From an uncultured Bacteroidia bacterium (GTDB lineage Bacteria > Bacteroidota > Bacteroidia > Bacteroidales > UBA932): DNA of 64,000 bases. A program made the position numbers and the translations under genes. Positions 39,490 to 51,089 of this stretch are shown in pieces. Each line of letters starts with the position of its first letter. The first letter of the stretch is position 1. The notes under the pieces are model-generated. The model did not search any database, had not been told where the DNA came from, and saw nothing but the letters and a program-made list of their open reading frames with translations. Location: contig CACWOH010000009.1 of NCBI GenBank assembly GCA_902762435.1, positions 3,278 to 67,277 of the forward strand, in the 5' to 3' direction.

Positions 39490-40509
<1,020 letters not shown>

Positions 40510-40512
40510 AGC

Positions 40513-42354
40513 CTACATCTCCTTTTGGATGGCCGAGACGAGCTCGCTCACGAGGAACGGCTGGCCCTGGACCTTGTTGAACTTCTTGATCTCGCTTCCG
40601 GGGAACTTCGCCCGGAGGTAGTCGGCGAACTGCCCGCTGTTGAGCTCGCACACGAGGATCTTTTCGAAACGGCCGAAGACCTCCCCGGTGTTGGCGGGCA
40701 GCGGGTTGATGTAGTCGAAATGGACATAGGAGACGGCGTCCCCGATCTCGCGGACGGCGGAGAGGATGTGCCCGTAGGTGCCGCCCCAGCCCACGACCAG
40801 CAGTTTGCCGGAGTCGGGGCCGTTCAGCATCTCCAGGGCGGGCAGGTCACGTGCGATGCGCGCCACCTTTTCGGCGCGCTCCGCGACCATCAGGGCGTGG
40901 TTGGCGGGATCCGTGGAGAGCACGCCCGCGTGCGTCTTCTCAAGGCCGCCCACGCGGTGTTCGAAGCCGCGCTGGCCGGGCAGGGCCCAGCGGCGCACCA
41001 GCGTCTCCGGGTCACGCTCGAAGGGCTTGAAGCGCTCGCCTTCCGCCAGCATGCCGCGGGCGAACGGCGGCTTGATTTCGGGATAGTCGGCCATCACAGG
41101 GATGCGCCAGGGCTCGGAACCGTTGCCCAGGAAGCCTTCCGAGAGCAGCAGGACCGGGGTCATGTGCTCCAGGGAGATCTTCGCGGCCTGGAAGGCGGCG
41201 TCGAAGCAGTGGGCCGGGGAATGGGCGGCGACGACGGCCATCGGGCATTCACCGTTGCGCCCGTACAGCGCCTGGTTCAGGTCGGACTGCTCCGTCTTGG
41301 TGGGAAGGCCCGTGGAAGGGCCGCCGCGCTGGACGTCCACGACGACCAGCGGGAGTTCGGCCATCACGGCAAGACCCATCGCCTCGGTCTTCAGCGACAG
41401 GCCCGGGCCGGAGGTGGTGGTCACGGCGAGGTTGCCGGCGAAGGAGGCGCCGATGGCGGTGCAGATGCCCGCGATCTCGTCTTCCGCCTGCAGGGTCTTG
41501 GCGCCCAGGCTCTTGTGCAGGGCGAGTTCCTCGAGGATGGCGGTGGCCGGCGTGATCGGGTAGGAGCCGCAGAAGAGGGGCAGGCCCGATTTCTCGGAAG
41601 CGGCGAGCAGGCCCCAGGCCACGGCCTGGTTGCCCGTGATGTTGCGGTAGGTGCCCTTCTGCAGGTGCTCCGCGGGAGCGACCGTGTAGGTGTTCGGGAT
41701 CACCTGGATGTTCGCGGCGTAGTTGAAGCCGTCGAAAAGCACCTTCTTGTTGGGTTCGATGACCTCGGGGTGCTTCTTGGCGAATTTCTTCTCCAGATAG
41801 GTGTAGATGTACTCCAGCGGCCGGTTGTAGATGTAGCAGGCCATGCCCAGGGTGAACATGTTCTTGCACTTGAGGATGGCCTTGTTGTCCATCCCGCTGT
41901 CCTTCAGGCTTTCCTGCGTGAGCGTGGTGATCGGGGAAACGATCAGGGTCCTGTCCTCCACGCCGAGTTCGGTGAAGGGATTGTCGGTGGTGAAACCGGC
42001 CTTCTTCATACCGGCCTCGTCGAAAGCGTCTTCGTCCACGAGGATCATCGCGTGGCGCTTGCACCACTTGGCGTTCGCCTTGAGGGCGGCGGGGTTCATC
42101 GCCACCAGCAGGTCGCAGAAATCGCCGGGGGTGTTGACCTTCCCGCTGCCGATGTGGACCTGGAAACCGGAAACGCCGGAAACCGTGCCGTGCGGGGCGC
42201 GGATTTCGGCGGGATAGTCCGGGAAAGTAGAGAGTCCGTTTCCATAGATGGCGGACATATCCGCAAAAAGAGACCCGGTGAGCTGCATGCCGTCACCCGA
42301 ATCTCCTGCGAATCTGATTACAACATCTTTGGCGTCAATGACTTTGTGTTGCAT
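40513..42354 (-). CDS. korA: 2-oxoacid:ferredoxin oxidoreductase alpha subunit (fused gamma)
   Basis: FAGDSGDGMQL, YPAEIR, YPITPAT, QAEDEIA, TTSGPG, QRGGPSTGLPT. Confidence 0.93.
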   Translation of the reverse strand: MQHKVIDAKDVVIRFAGDSGDGMQLTGSLFADMSAIYGNGLSTFPDYPAEIRAPHGTVSGVSGFQVHIGSGKVNTPGDFCDLLVAMNPAALKANAKWCKRHAMILVDEDAFDEAGMKKAGFTTDNPFTELGVEDRTLIVSPITTLTQESLKDSGMDNKAILKCKNMFTLGMACYIYNRPLEYIYTYLEKKFAKKHPEVIEPNKKVLFDGFNYAANIQVIPNTYTVAPAEHLQKGTYRNITGNQAVAWGLLAASEKSGLPLFCGSYPITPATAILEELALHKSLGAKTLQAEDEIAGICTAIGASFAGNLAVTTTSGPGLSLKTEAMGLAVMAELPLVVVDVQRGGPSTGLPTKTEQSDLNQALYGRNGECPMAVVAAHSPAHCFDAAFQAAKISLEHMTPVLLLSEGFLGNGSEPWRIPVMADYPEIKPPFARGMLAEGERFKPFERDPETLVRRWALPGQRGFEHRVGGLEKTHAGVLSTDPANHALMVAERAEKVARIARDLPALEMLNGPDSGKLLVVGWGGTYGHILSAVREIGDAVSYVHFDYINPLPANTGEVFGRFEKILVCELNSGQFADYLRAKFPGSEIKKFNKVQGQPFLVSELVSAIQKEM

Positions 42355-42399
42355 CGCGTATGTTTAGTGTTAAAAATGTGGTTCAGGTTAGAAATAAAG

Positions 42400-42430
42400 G
42401 CCTCATCCCGTAACAGTCCCGGGATGAGGC
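42400..42430 (-). terminator. Hairpin between ompH and korA
   Basis: Perfect 11-bp inverted repeat gcctcatcccg / cgggatgaggc followed by CTTTATTT on the minus strand. Confidence 0.7.
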
Positions 42431-42445
42431 AGTATGGGTGCAGGC

Positions 42446-43009
42446 TTACTGCTGGGCGGCCTGCTGCTGGGCCTGAAGCTCGGCAGCGAGGGCCTCGAGC
42501 GTCCTGTCGGCCGGGATGTTGAGGGCCTTGCGGGCCTCCGGCGTCAGGTCGTGGCTCTGGGCGGGATCGACGTACAGGACGGCGCCGGTGTCGAACACAT
42601 AGATGTATCCGCCCTTCTTGGCGAGATCCTGGACAACTTCGTTGACCTTCTGGTAGATCGGCTGCATCAGCTGCTCCTGCTGCTGCTGGAGTTCGACCTG
42701 CACGGTCTGCTGGAACTCCTGGATGCGCTGCTGGATCTCGGTCAGTTCCTTCTCCTTGCTTTCACGGACGGCCTGGGTCCAGGTGCTGCCCTTGGACTGG
42801 TAGGTCGACATCTTGGTATTGAACTCCTCGACCATGTCGTTGAAAGTCTCCTGAGCCTCGTTGCTCGCCGTGTTCATCGTCTCGCGGGCCTTGTCCATCT
42901 CAGGGCAGAGCTGGACCAGCTCGGTGGAATTCACGTGCGCGAACTTCGGCTGGGCGAAAGCGCCAATCGCGGCAAAGGCCGCCACGGCAATCAAAAGAAT
43001 CTTTTTCAT
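42446..43009 (-). CDS. ompH: OmpH/Skp periplasmic chaperone
   Basis: Signal peptide, KFAHVN, Gln-rich coiled coil, YIYVFD..LYVDP; directly after bamA. Confidence 0.9.
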   Translation of the reverse strand: MKKILLIAVAAFAAIGAFAQPKFAHVNSTELVQLCPEMDKARETMNTASNEAQETFNDMVEEFNTKMSTYQSKGSTWTQAVRESKEKELTEIQQRIQEFQQTVQVELQQQQEQLMQPIYQKVNEVVQDLAKKGGYIYVFDTGAVLYVDPAQSHDLTPEARKALNIPADRTLEALAAELQAQQQAAQQ

Positions 43010-43058
43010 ATCAAAAACCTAAATTTAAAATTGTTATCGTTGAATGTCCTATATGTTG

Positions 43059-45641
43059 TTAAAACTGTTGTCCGATCACGAAGTGGAACTGGCTCTTGCT
43101 GCCTTCCGGGCCGTCGAAGCCCCAGCCCCAGTCGACACCGAGCAGACCGATCATCGGTAAGAAGATGCGAACACCGGCGCCGGCGCTGCGTTTGATCTGG
43201 AAAGGATTGAAATTCCGGATGTCCGACCAGCAGTTGCCGCCTTCCACGAAGGCCAGTGCATAGATGGTGGACGAGGGCTGCAGGATCACCGGATAGCGCA
43301 GCTCCACCGTGAACTTGTCGTACACGTTGCCGGCGTAGGCGTAACCGTTGGTATTGTATTTCGACGGCTCGCGCGGGGTCAGGGAGTAGTTTTCGTAGCC
43401 GCGCAGCGAGATGACCTCGGTACCGTAGGAATAGTAGCCCGACATGCCGTCGCCGCCCACGAGGAAGCCCTCGAACGGGGAATAGCCCCAGTTGCGGTTG
43501 TAGTAGCCCAGGTAGCCGAACTGCGCGCGCGTCATCAGCACCAGGTCGAAGTTGCCGAACGGCCTGAAGTAGTTGGTGCCGGAGAACTTCCATTTGTGGT
43601 ACTCGATCCACTTGTAGCGGTCGCGGCCCGCCCAGTTGTCGTAGTTGACGTCCTTGTAGCTGGCGACGGGCACTTTCTTGCCATTATCGTCGAAGTCATA
43701 CTTGCGGAAGAGGGAGAACGGCGGGGTCAGCTGCAGCGAGAAGGAGTACTCGGAACCGGAACGCGGATAGATCTGCTGGTCGGAGGAGTTGCGGATCAGG
43801 TTCAGGCTGTAGTTGATGTTGTGCGCCATGCCGTCGTCGAAGATGAAGGACCCGGAGTACCAGTTGGTCAGCTTGTAGGTCTGCCAGCTGAGGCCGTTGT
43901 ACAGGACGAAGTAGTTGTCCGGCCACTTCAGGCGCGTACCCAGCGAGGCGGAGAAGCCGAAGACCTCCATCTCGCGGTCGTGGTTGAGGATGTTCAGGGC
44001 CAGGTAGGAGTTGGTCTGGCGCGTGTAATAGGCGCTGAGGTTCAGCGAAGTAGGTTTCTTTCCGAACAGCCAGGGCTCGGTAAAGCTGGCCGTGAGGGCG
44101 GTATAGTAGGTTCCGTTCGTCTGGAAGCGGAACGCGAGGTTCTGCGCGTCGCCCAGCGGCACCGGGCGCCAGGCGCCCTTCTCGAACATCCGGCTCGTGG
44201 AGAAGTTGTTGAACGCAACGCCCACGGTGGCCACGAAGGTCCGGCCGCCCCAGCCGCCGGAGACTTCCAGCTGCGAGGAGGGCTTCTCCGTGACGTTGTA
44301 GACGATGTCCACCGTGTTGTCCATCGGGTTGGGGATCACGGACCAGCCCCGGTTGGGATCCATGATCGCCTCCGCGTCGAACTGGCCCAGGGACGCGATC
44401 TCGCGGATGGACCGCTCGAAGTCGGACTGGCTGAACAGGTAGCCCGGACGGGTGAAGATCTGGCGGCGGACGACCTTCTCGTTGGTCAGGTCGTTGCCGT
44501 TGATGACGATGTTGTTGAGCGTGGCCTGCTTGCCTTCGGAGATGCGCAGCTCCACGTCCACGGAGTCGTTCTGGATGTTGGTCTCGACCGGGGTGATGTT
44601 GAAGAAGAGGTAGCCGTTGTCGCGGTAGAGCTTCGTGATGTCCAGGTCGCTCTGCTTGCCGCCGCCGCGCAGGCGCTTCTCCATCGTGACCACGTCATAG
44701 ACGTCGCCCTTGCCGATGCCGAGCACCTCGTCGAGCACCTCGGAGGAATAAACCGAGTTGCCGGTCCAGGTGACGTCGCGGAAATAGTAGCGGTCGCCCT
44801 CCTCGAACACCAGGTCGATGCCGAGCTTGCCGGGCTCCACGTAGTAGATGGAGTCGCGCACGAGGCGTGCGTCGCGGTAGCCGGCCTCGTTGAAGGCGCT
44901 CAGGGCAGCCTTCTTGTCGTTAAGATACTCCTTCTCGTTGAACTTCTTGCTGTGGAAGAAGTTATAGATCTTGTTGGACTTGGTCTTCTTCATCGCGCGG
45001 GCGAGCTTGAACTCCTTCACGTGCTCGTTGCCGATGAAGTTGATGTCCCGGATGCGGACCTTCTCGCCCTTGTTGATGTCGAAGTTGACGCGGATGGCGT
45101 TCTTGACCACGGAGTCGCGCTGGACCTCGGTCTTCACCTCGCAGAGCAGGAAACCCTTCTCCGCGAAATAGCGCTTGATGATGTCGGTGGTGGTCTTCTC
45201 CACATAATCCGAGAACTCCCCGCCGCGGCGCAGGCTCACCCGCTCCTCGATGTCCTTGCGTTCGCTGGACTTGATGCCGGAGAAGGACCAGCGCGAAACG
45301 CGCGGGCGCTCCAGGATGCGGATTTTGAGCCAGGCGGAATCCCGGGACGCATTGAGGCTGTCCAGCTCGATGGAGACGTCCTCGAAGAAACGCTGGAGCC
45401 AGAGGCGGCGCACGGCGGAAGAGACTTCCTCACCGGGTACGGTGACCCGCATGCCGGGGTTCAGGCCGGTCTGGGAGATGATCTGCTGGTCAGCGAAATA
45501 GGTATTGCCTTCGACCGAGATGCCGGCGATATAGTATTTCTGGGGATGGGTGTAGTCCACTTCGACGCCGGAGTCCTGCGCCCGCATCAACGAGGGGGCC
45601 AGGAGCAGCGCCAGAAGGGTCAGGATCCGTCCTATTTTCAT
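43059..45641 (-). CDS. bamA: Outer membrane protein assembly factor BamA
   Basis: POTRA repeats, SLRGYEN, GVRIFLPMIGLLGVDWGWGFD, terminal IGQQF; start 45641 or 45647. Confidence 0.95.
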   Translation of the reverse strand: MKIGRILTLLALLLAPSLMRAQDSGVEVDYTHPQKYYIAGISVEGNTYFADQQIISQTGLNPGMRVTVPGEEVSSAVRRLWLQRFFEDVSIELDSLNASRDSAWLKIRILERPRVSRWSFSGIKSSERKDIEERVSLRRGGEFSDYVEKTTTDIIKRYFAEKGFLLCEVKTEVQRDSVVKNAIRVNFDINKGEKVRIRDINFIGNEHVKEFKLARAMKKTKSNKIYNFFHSKKFNEKEYLNDKKAALSAFNEAGYRDARLVRDSIYYVEPGKLGIDLVFEEGDRYYFRDVTWTGNSVYSSEVLDEVLGIGKGDVYDVVTMEKRLRGGGKQSDLDITKLYRDNGYLFFNITPVETNIQNDSVDVELRISEGKQATLNNIVINGNDLTNEKVVRRQIFTRPGYLFSQSDFERSIREIASLGQFDAEAIMDPNRGWSVIPNPMDNTVDIVYNVTEKPSSQLEVSGGWGGRTFVATVGVAFNNFSTSRMFEKGAWRPVPLGDAQNLAFRFQTNGTYYTALTASFTEPWLFGKKPTSLNLSAYYTRQTNSYLALNILNHDREMEVFGFSASLGTRLKWPDNYFVLYNGLSWQTYKLTNWYSGSFIFDDGMAHNINYSLNLIRNSSDQQIYPRSGSEYSFSLQLTPPFSLFRKYDFDDNGKKVPVASYKDVNYDNWAGRDRYKWIEYHKWKFSGTNYFRPFGNFDLVLMTRAQFGYLGYYNRNWGYSPFEGFLVGGDGMSGYYSYGTEVISLRGYENYSLTPREPSKYNTNGYAYAGNVYDKFTVELRYPVILQPSSTIYALAFVEGGNCWSDIRNFNPFQIKRSAGAGVRIFLPMIGLLGVDWGWGFDGPEGSKSQFHFVIGQQF

Positions 45642-45672
45642 TTCCATTCGATAAATATGCAAATATACCCAA

Positions 45673-46383
45673 TTATTTGATTTTTCCGAAACGCCGGTCC
45701 CGCGCCGCGTACTCTTCCAGTGCTTCCCGGTAGGCTTCCTTGCGGAAGTCGGGCCATAGCGTGTCGGTAAATACAAATTCGGTGTATGCCGTCTGCCAAA
45801 GCAGGTAGTTGCTTATCCGTTTCTCCCCCGAGGTGCGGACCAGCAGGTCCGGCTCGGGAATGCCCGCGGTCACGAGGTGGCGTTCGAGGTCTTCGGGAGC
45901 CGCCGCGTGCCCGGGATGTTCAATCAAATCGTGTGCCATCTTTTCCGCCGCCTGCAGGATATCCCAGCGGCCGCTGTAGCTGAGGAACAGGATCATCGTC
46001 ATCCGCTTGTTGCCGGCGGTGGCGGCCATCGTCCTGTCGATGTCGGCGTTGAGCGCATCGGACAGGCGCGCCCGGTTGCCCAGCACGATGAAACGGATGT
46101 CCTGCTCCATGAAATTGTGGAGCTCGTTGTACATCGCGCGGCCCATCAGTTCCATCAGGGTCTGCACCTCGGCCTCCGGCCGGCCCCAGTTCTCCTCGGA
46201 GAAAGCGAAGAAGGACACGTACGGGATGCCCCACTCCACGGAGGCTTCCATCACGGCGCGGACGCTCTCGACGCCCTCGAAATGTCCGTAAACCCTTTCT
46301 TTTCCCCTTTCTTTGGCCCAGCGGCCGTTGCCGTCCATGATGAAGGACACGTGCGTGGGCAGTCTGCCCGGATCTGGTTTCAT
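45673..46383 (-). CDS. uppS: Undecaprenyl diphosphate synthase
   Basis: HVSFIMDGNGRWA, AFSEENWGRP, RTSGEKRISNYLLWQ. Confidence 0.96.
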   Translation of the reverse strand: MKPDPGRLPTHVSFIMDGNGRWAKERGKERVYGHFEGVESVRAVMEASVEWGIPYVSFFAFSEENWGRPEAEVQTLMELMGRAMYNELHNFMEQDIRFIVLGNRARLSDALNADIDRTMAATAGNKRMTMILFLSYSGRWDILQAAEKMAHDLIEHPGHAAAPEDLERHLVTAGIPEPDLLVRTSGEKRISNYLLWQTAYTEFVFTDTLWPDFRKEAYREALEEYAARDRRFGKIK

Positions 46384-46391
46384 ACGGTTTG

Positions 46392-47216
46392 TCAGTCTTG
46401 GGTACCGGCGTTGCGCACATCCTCGCCCCAGAGCAGGCGGGTGCGCAGCGCATTGATGAAATTGGACCGGCCCAGGCGCAGGCGGCGCAGGCGCATCGGC
46501 GCGGGGCCCACCTCGATCACGGCGCCGGCCGGGACGGTATGGTTGCGGTTGTCCATCGTCAGGACGGCCCGGTCGTCGCGGGAGCGCAGGGAGATGCGCA
46601 GGTGCGAGGACTCCGGGACCACGAGCGGACGGACGTTGAGGTTGTGCGGCGAGATCGGGGCCACGATGAAGACCTTGGTCTCCGGCAGGCAGACAGGACC
46701 GCCCACGCTGAGGCTGTAGGCCGTGGAGCCGGAGCTCGTCGCGACCAGCAGGCCGTCGGCCCAGAAGGTCGGGAGGGCGCTGCCGTCCAGGGTCACGTCC
46801 ACGCCGAGCATCGAGGCGCTTACGCGGCTGACGCTCATCTCGTTCAGGGCATAGGGCCAGTCTTCCGAGACGGGCAGGGCGTCGCAGCGGATCTGCAGCA
46901 GCTCCCGCTCCTCCACCAGGTAGTCCCCCCGCCCGAGCGCGTCCACCAGCGTGTCGGGATCGTTCTCCGACAGGAAGCCCAGGCGGCCGAAATTGACCCC
47001 GAGCACCGGCACGCCGGCGGGAACCGCCAGGCGGGCGGCGGACAGGAAGGTGCCGTCGCCGCCGAGGCTCAGCAGGGCGTCGGTGCCGGGCAGGACGTCG
47101 GCGGGCTGCCGGACGGGGTAGATCCCGTGCCCGGCGGCACGCAGCGCGTCCAGCAGGGCTTCGACGCGGGCGTCGCCCTGGAGGCGGTCCTTCTTGATGT
47201 AACAGGCCAATTCCAT
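46392..47216 (-). CDS. nadK: NAD(+) kinase
   Basis: LGGDGT, GVNFGRLGFL, ALNE, DGLLVATSSGSTAYSLSVGGP. Confidence 0.95.
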   Translation of the reverse strand: MELACYIKKDRLQGDARVEALLDALRAAGHGIYPVRQPADVLPGTDALLSLGGDGTFLSAARLAVPAGVPVLGVNFGRLGFLSENDPDTLVDALGRGDYLVEERELLQIRCDALPVSEDWPYALNEMSVSRVSASMLGVDVTLDGSALPTFWADGLLVATSSGSTAYSLSVGGPVCLPETKVFIVAPISPHNLNVRPLVVPESSHLRISLRSRDDRAVLTMDNRNHTVPAGAVIEVGPAPMRLRRLRLGRSNFINALRTRLLWGEDVRNAGTQD

Positions 47217-47297
47217 ATCGGGCCCCAAATTTAGCACTTAATTTACAATAATTCTACAGAATTGCTTACTTTTGTGCGATTTAAACTACGTTTAGGA

Positions 47298-48017
47298 ATG
47301 ACGAGACTGAGTGTAAACATCAATAAGATCGCCCTCCTGCGCAACGCCCGCGGAGGGAATATGCCGGACGTGCTGAAAGCCGCCCTGGACTGCGAGCGCT
47401 TCGGCGCCCAGGGCATTACCGTCCACCCGCGCCCCGACGAGCGCCACATCCGTTACAGCGACGTGCGCATCCTGCGCTCCGCGGTGACCACCGAGTTCAA
47501 CATCGAGGGCAATCCGACCGGCGCCTTCACGGCCCTGGTCTGCGAAGTGGTGCCGGACCAGGTGACGCTGGTGCCCGACGCGTACGACGCCCTGACCTCC
47601 GACGCCGGCTGGGACACGGTGCGCAACTACGCCTTCCTGAAGCGCACCTGCGCCTCTTTCAAGGAACGCGGCATCCGCACCTCCATCTTCATCGACCCGG
47701 ACCCGAAGATGGCCGAAGGCGCCGCCCGGTGCGGTGCAGACCGGGTGGAACTCTACACCGCCCCCTATGCGGCCGGCTACGCGGAAGACCGGGAAAAGGC
47801 CGTCGCACCCTTCCTGGAGACGGCCCGCGCCGCCCGGGACCTCGGGCTCGGGCTGAACGCCGGGCACGACCTGTCGCTGGAAAACCTCGCCTACCTGATC
47901 CGGACCATCCCCTGGATCGACGAGGTCAGCATCGGCCACGCCCTCATCTGCGACGCACTCTATATGGGACTGGAGACAACTATCCGGGATTATTTATCGC
48001 AGATTCAGAATTTTTGA
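47298..48017 (+). CDS. pdxJ: Pyridoxine 5'-phosphate synthase
   Basis: [44 protein letters not shown]. Confidence 0.96.
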   Translation: MTRLSVNINKIALLRNARGGNMPDVLKAALDCERFGAQGITVHPRPDERHIRYSDVRILRSAVTTEFNIEGNPTGAFTALVCEVVPDQVTLVPDAYDALTSDAGWDTVRNYAFLKRTCASFKERGIRTSIFIDPDPKMAEGAARCGADRVELYTAPYAAGYAEDREKAVAPFLETARAARDLGLGLNAGHDLSLENLAYLIRTIPWIDEVSIGHALICDALYMGLETTIRDYLSQIQNF

Positions 48018-48093
48018 CTACTTTTGCAAACTTGAACGGATTCGCCGGCACGGCCGGCCCATGACGGAAAGAAAATAAACAAAAACAATAACA

Positions 48094-48708
48094 ATGAAGA
48101 AATTACCCCTTATCCTCAGCATTATCGCCTTCGCCGGCGTGATCGCTCTCGCCATCGTCGACCTCACCAAAGGCAACACCAAGAAGCCCGCGGCCGTGGA
48201 GACCGAGGCCGACGCCCTCAAGGGCGCTACCGTCTTTTTCAACATGGACCGCGTCCTGGCGGAATACGATATGGCCAACGACCTTCGCAGCGTCTTCGAG
48301 ACCAAGGCGAACAGCATCAACCAGGAGGTCCAGCGCCGCGTGAACAAGTTCCAGAAGGACCTCAACTCCTTCAACGACAAGATCAACAAGGGCCTGATGA
48401 CCCAGTCCACCGCCCAGGTGCAGAGCCAGAAACTGCAGGAGCAGCAGACCAGCGTGGAGAGCTACGCCAACCAGAAGCAGCAGGAGATCCTCGAGGAGCA
48501 GCAGGTGATGCTGAACCAGATTTCCGACGCCATCAACAACTTCATCACCGAGTTCAACGCCGTGAAGGAGTATGCGATGATCATCGCCACCCAGGGCGAC
48601 ATCCTGCCGATGCCGGTCGTGGCCGCCGACGAGTCGCTGGACATCACCGACGCCCTGATCGAAGGCCTCAACGCCGCCTACGTCAAGGAGAAGGGCAAAA
48701 GCGAATAA
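48094..48708 (+). CDS. Second OmpH/Skp-family protein with N-terminal anchor
   Basis: FFNMDRVLAEY, coiled coil, LDITDALIEGLN. Confidence 0.75.
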   Translation: MKKLPLILSIIAFAGVIALAIVDLTKGNTKKPAAVETEADALKGATVFFNMDRVLAEYDMANDLRSVFETKANSINQEVQRRVNKFQKDLNSFNDKINKGLMTQSTAQVQSQKLQEQQTSVESYANQKQQEILEEQQVMLNQISDAINNFITEFNAVKEYAMIIATQGDILPMPVVAADESLDITDALIEGLNAAYVKEKGKSE

Positions 48709-48711
48709 GGG

Positions 48712-49836
48712 TTGAGAATCGCCATACTGTCCTGCTTCTACCCTTACCGCGGAGGGATCGCCCAGTTCAACGCCAACCTTTTTGAAGAGCTGGGCAAAAC
48801 GCACGACGTCCGCGCATTCAATTTCAGCAGGCAGTATCCCGATATCCTTTTTCCCGGCAAGACGCAATACGTCACCCCTGAAGATGAAGCCGTACCCGTC
48901 GAGGCGCAAGCCTTGCTGGATACGGCTGATCCTTTTTCCTGGGGGCGTACGGCCCGCGCCATCCGCGACTGGGGGCCCGACCTGCTGGTGATGCGCTACT
49001 GGATGTCCTGGTTCGCCCCTTCCCTGGGCTCCGTGGCCCGGAAGATGGCCCCCGGCTGCAAGGTCGTCGGCATCCTGGACAATGTGGTCCCGCACGAGCG
49101 GCACTGGTTCGACACCCCGCTCACCCGGTGGTTCCTGCGCGGGCTGGACGGCGCCGTCACGCTCTGCGAGGAGGTCGGACGGGACCTGCTGGCCCTTCGG
49201 GCGGACATCCCGCATACGGTCCTGCCCCACCCCATCTACACCCATTTCGGGACGAAGCTCCCCCGCGAAGAGGCGGAAGCGCGACTCGGCCTGCCTTCCG
49301 GGCGCCGGACCCTGCTGTTCTTCGGCCTCATCCGCGAATACAAGGGCCTGGACATCCTCCTGCACGCCTTCGACCTGCTGGACGAAAGGTACCAACTGGT
49401 CATCGCCGGCGAGCCCTACGGCTCTTTCGAGAAGTATCGGGCGCTCATCGACGCCGGCCGCGCCCCGCAGGACGTGCACGTGTTTCCGGACTACATCCGC
49501 GACGCCGAGGTGAAGGACTTCTTCTCCGCGGCAGACCTGACCGTACTCCCCTACCGCAGCGCCACCCAGAGCGGCATCAGCTCGGTGTCCTGCCACTTCA
49601 TCGTGCCGATGGTGGTCACGGACGTGGGCGGGCTCCGCGAGACCGTGGGCGCACGCGGCACGGGAATTGTCTGCGATGAAAGCACGCCCGAATGCATCGC
49701 CGAGGCCATCGGCCGGTATTTCGACGACCCGGACCTGCAGATCCACCTCTGCGAGTGCATGGGCGCCGAGAAGGATCGGCTCTCCTGGAGCCGTTTCGCA
49801 CAAGATCTGACACAGTTTGCAGCCTCGCTGCCGTAA
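48712..49836 (+). CDS. Glycosyltransferase family 4
   Basis: YPYRGGIAQFN, LFFGLIREYKGLDILL, LPYRSATQSG; TTG start. Confidence 0.88.
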   Translation: MRIAILSCFYPYRGGIAQFNANLFEELGKTHDVRAFNFSRQYPDILFPGKTQYVTPEDEAVPVEAQALLDTADPFSWGRTARAIRDWGPDLLVMRYWMSWFAPSLGSVARKMAPGCKVVGILDNVVPHERHWFDTPLTRWFLRGLDGAVTLCEEVGRDLLALRADIPHTVLPHPIYTHFGTKLPREEAEARLGLPSGRRTLLFFGLIREYKGLDILLHAFDLLDERYQLVIAGEPYGSFEKYRALIDAGRAPQDVHVFPDYIRDAEVKDFFSAADLTVLPYRSATQSGISSVSCHFIVPMVVTDVGGLRETVGARGTGIVCDESTPECIAEAIGRYFDDPDLQIHLCECMGAEKDRLSWSRFAQDLTQFAASLP

Positions 49837-49841
49837 GCCAT

Positions 49842-51089
49842 ATGAAGAGATTCAGCATTTTCCTCCTGATGATCTGCGCGCTGTCGACCAACGCCTGCGC
49901 CCAGTGGTACCTGTTCCCCGGCAAGAAGAAGACCGTAGAGGAGCGCAAGGATTCCGTCACCGTCAAACCCGACCCGGGCCGGCGCCCCGGGGGCGGCATG
50001 GAGGTCACGGACCAGGGTGACACCCTGCACGTGGACTGGTTCGGCGGCCCCGAACCGGAAGAAGTCTTCGAACTGGACGTCCCGTCCACCATCCATATCG
50101 GACTGGTGCTTCCGCTGCAGGCTTCCGGCAAGGCCAGCGACAATTTCCTGGATATGTACAGCGGCGCCCTGCTGGCGCTGCGTCACCTGGGGAACGCCGG
50201 CCTGAAGGCCGACCTGCAGGTGTTCGACTCGGCGGACGGCAAGACCCCCGTCCCGCAGACGCTGATCGACGAGTGCGACGTGATCCTGGGACCGGTGTCC
50301 TACGACGACCTGCGGAACACCCTGCCGCTGTGCGGCCGGGGAAAGGTGCTCGTCTCGCCGCTGGAGCCGAAGGCGGCTGAACTGGCCGGAGACGGCCACC
50401 TGGTCCAGGCGCCTACGCCCTGGACGGCCCAGATCGACGACCTGGTCCGTTGGGTGCGCGAGGAACTGCCCATCGGGGATGAGGTGTACGTGGTGCGTGA
50501 CACCGCGGCCGCCGGAGCCGGCGAGCAGTCCGCCTACCTCATCCGCCGCCTGCAGGAGGGCTCCGTCCGCTACCGGAGCGTGCTCTCCACCCGCGAGATC
50601 GGCTTCCGCAAGGACCGGAAGGCCCGCGTGCTGATCGCCTCGGACCGCGAAAACTTCATCACCAGCGCCATCCGCAACCTGAGCATCGAGGGCGCCCGCA
50701 ACAACGATGTCATCCTGTACGGCACCACCCGCATCCGCACCAGCGGCACGGGCCAGGCCGACCTGCACAATACCAATGCGCACGTCACGGCGGCGTATTT
50801 CATCGATTACGAGGACCCCGCGGTCAAGCGTTTCATCCTCGAATACCGGGCGCTCTTCCAGAACGAGCCCGGCTCCTTCTCCTTCCAGGGCTACGACACG
50901 ATGAACTACTTCGTGTCCATCTGCGCCAAGTACGGACGCCAGTGGTACAAGATGCTGCAGGAATACAGCGTAAAGGGCCTCCAGTCGGACTTCCTCTTCC
51001 GCAAAGAAGCGGCGGACGCCCGGGTTAACCAGGCCGTCCGCCGCATCGTCTACAATTCCGATCTTACCGTCGACCGGATGAGTTACTGA
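49842..51089 (+). CDS. Secreted protein with type-1 periplasmic-binding (LppC-like) fold
   Basis: Signal peptide; IGLVLPL, YSGALLA, LQVFDS, VILGPV, FQGYD; family call tentative. Confidence 0.55.
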   Translation: MKRFSIFLLMICALSTNACAQWYLFPGKKKTVEERKDSVTVKPDPGRRPGGGMEVTDQGDTLHVDWFGGPEPEEVFELDVPSTIHIGLVLPLQASGKASDNFLDMYSGALLALRHLGNAGLKADLQVFDSADGKTPVPQTLIDECDVILGPVSYDDLRNTLPLCGRGKVLVSPLEPKAAELAGDGHLVQAPTPWTAQIDDLVRWVREELPIGDEVYVVRDTAAAGAGEQSAYLIRRLQEGSVRYRSVLSTREIGFRKDRKARVLIASDRENFITSAIRNLSIEGARNNDVILYGTTRIRTSGTGQADLHNTNAHVTAAYFIDYEDPAVKRFILEYRALFQNEPGSFSFQGYDTMNYFVSICAKYGRQWYKMLQEYSVKGLQSDFLFRKEAADARVNQAVRRIVYNSDLTVDRMSY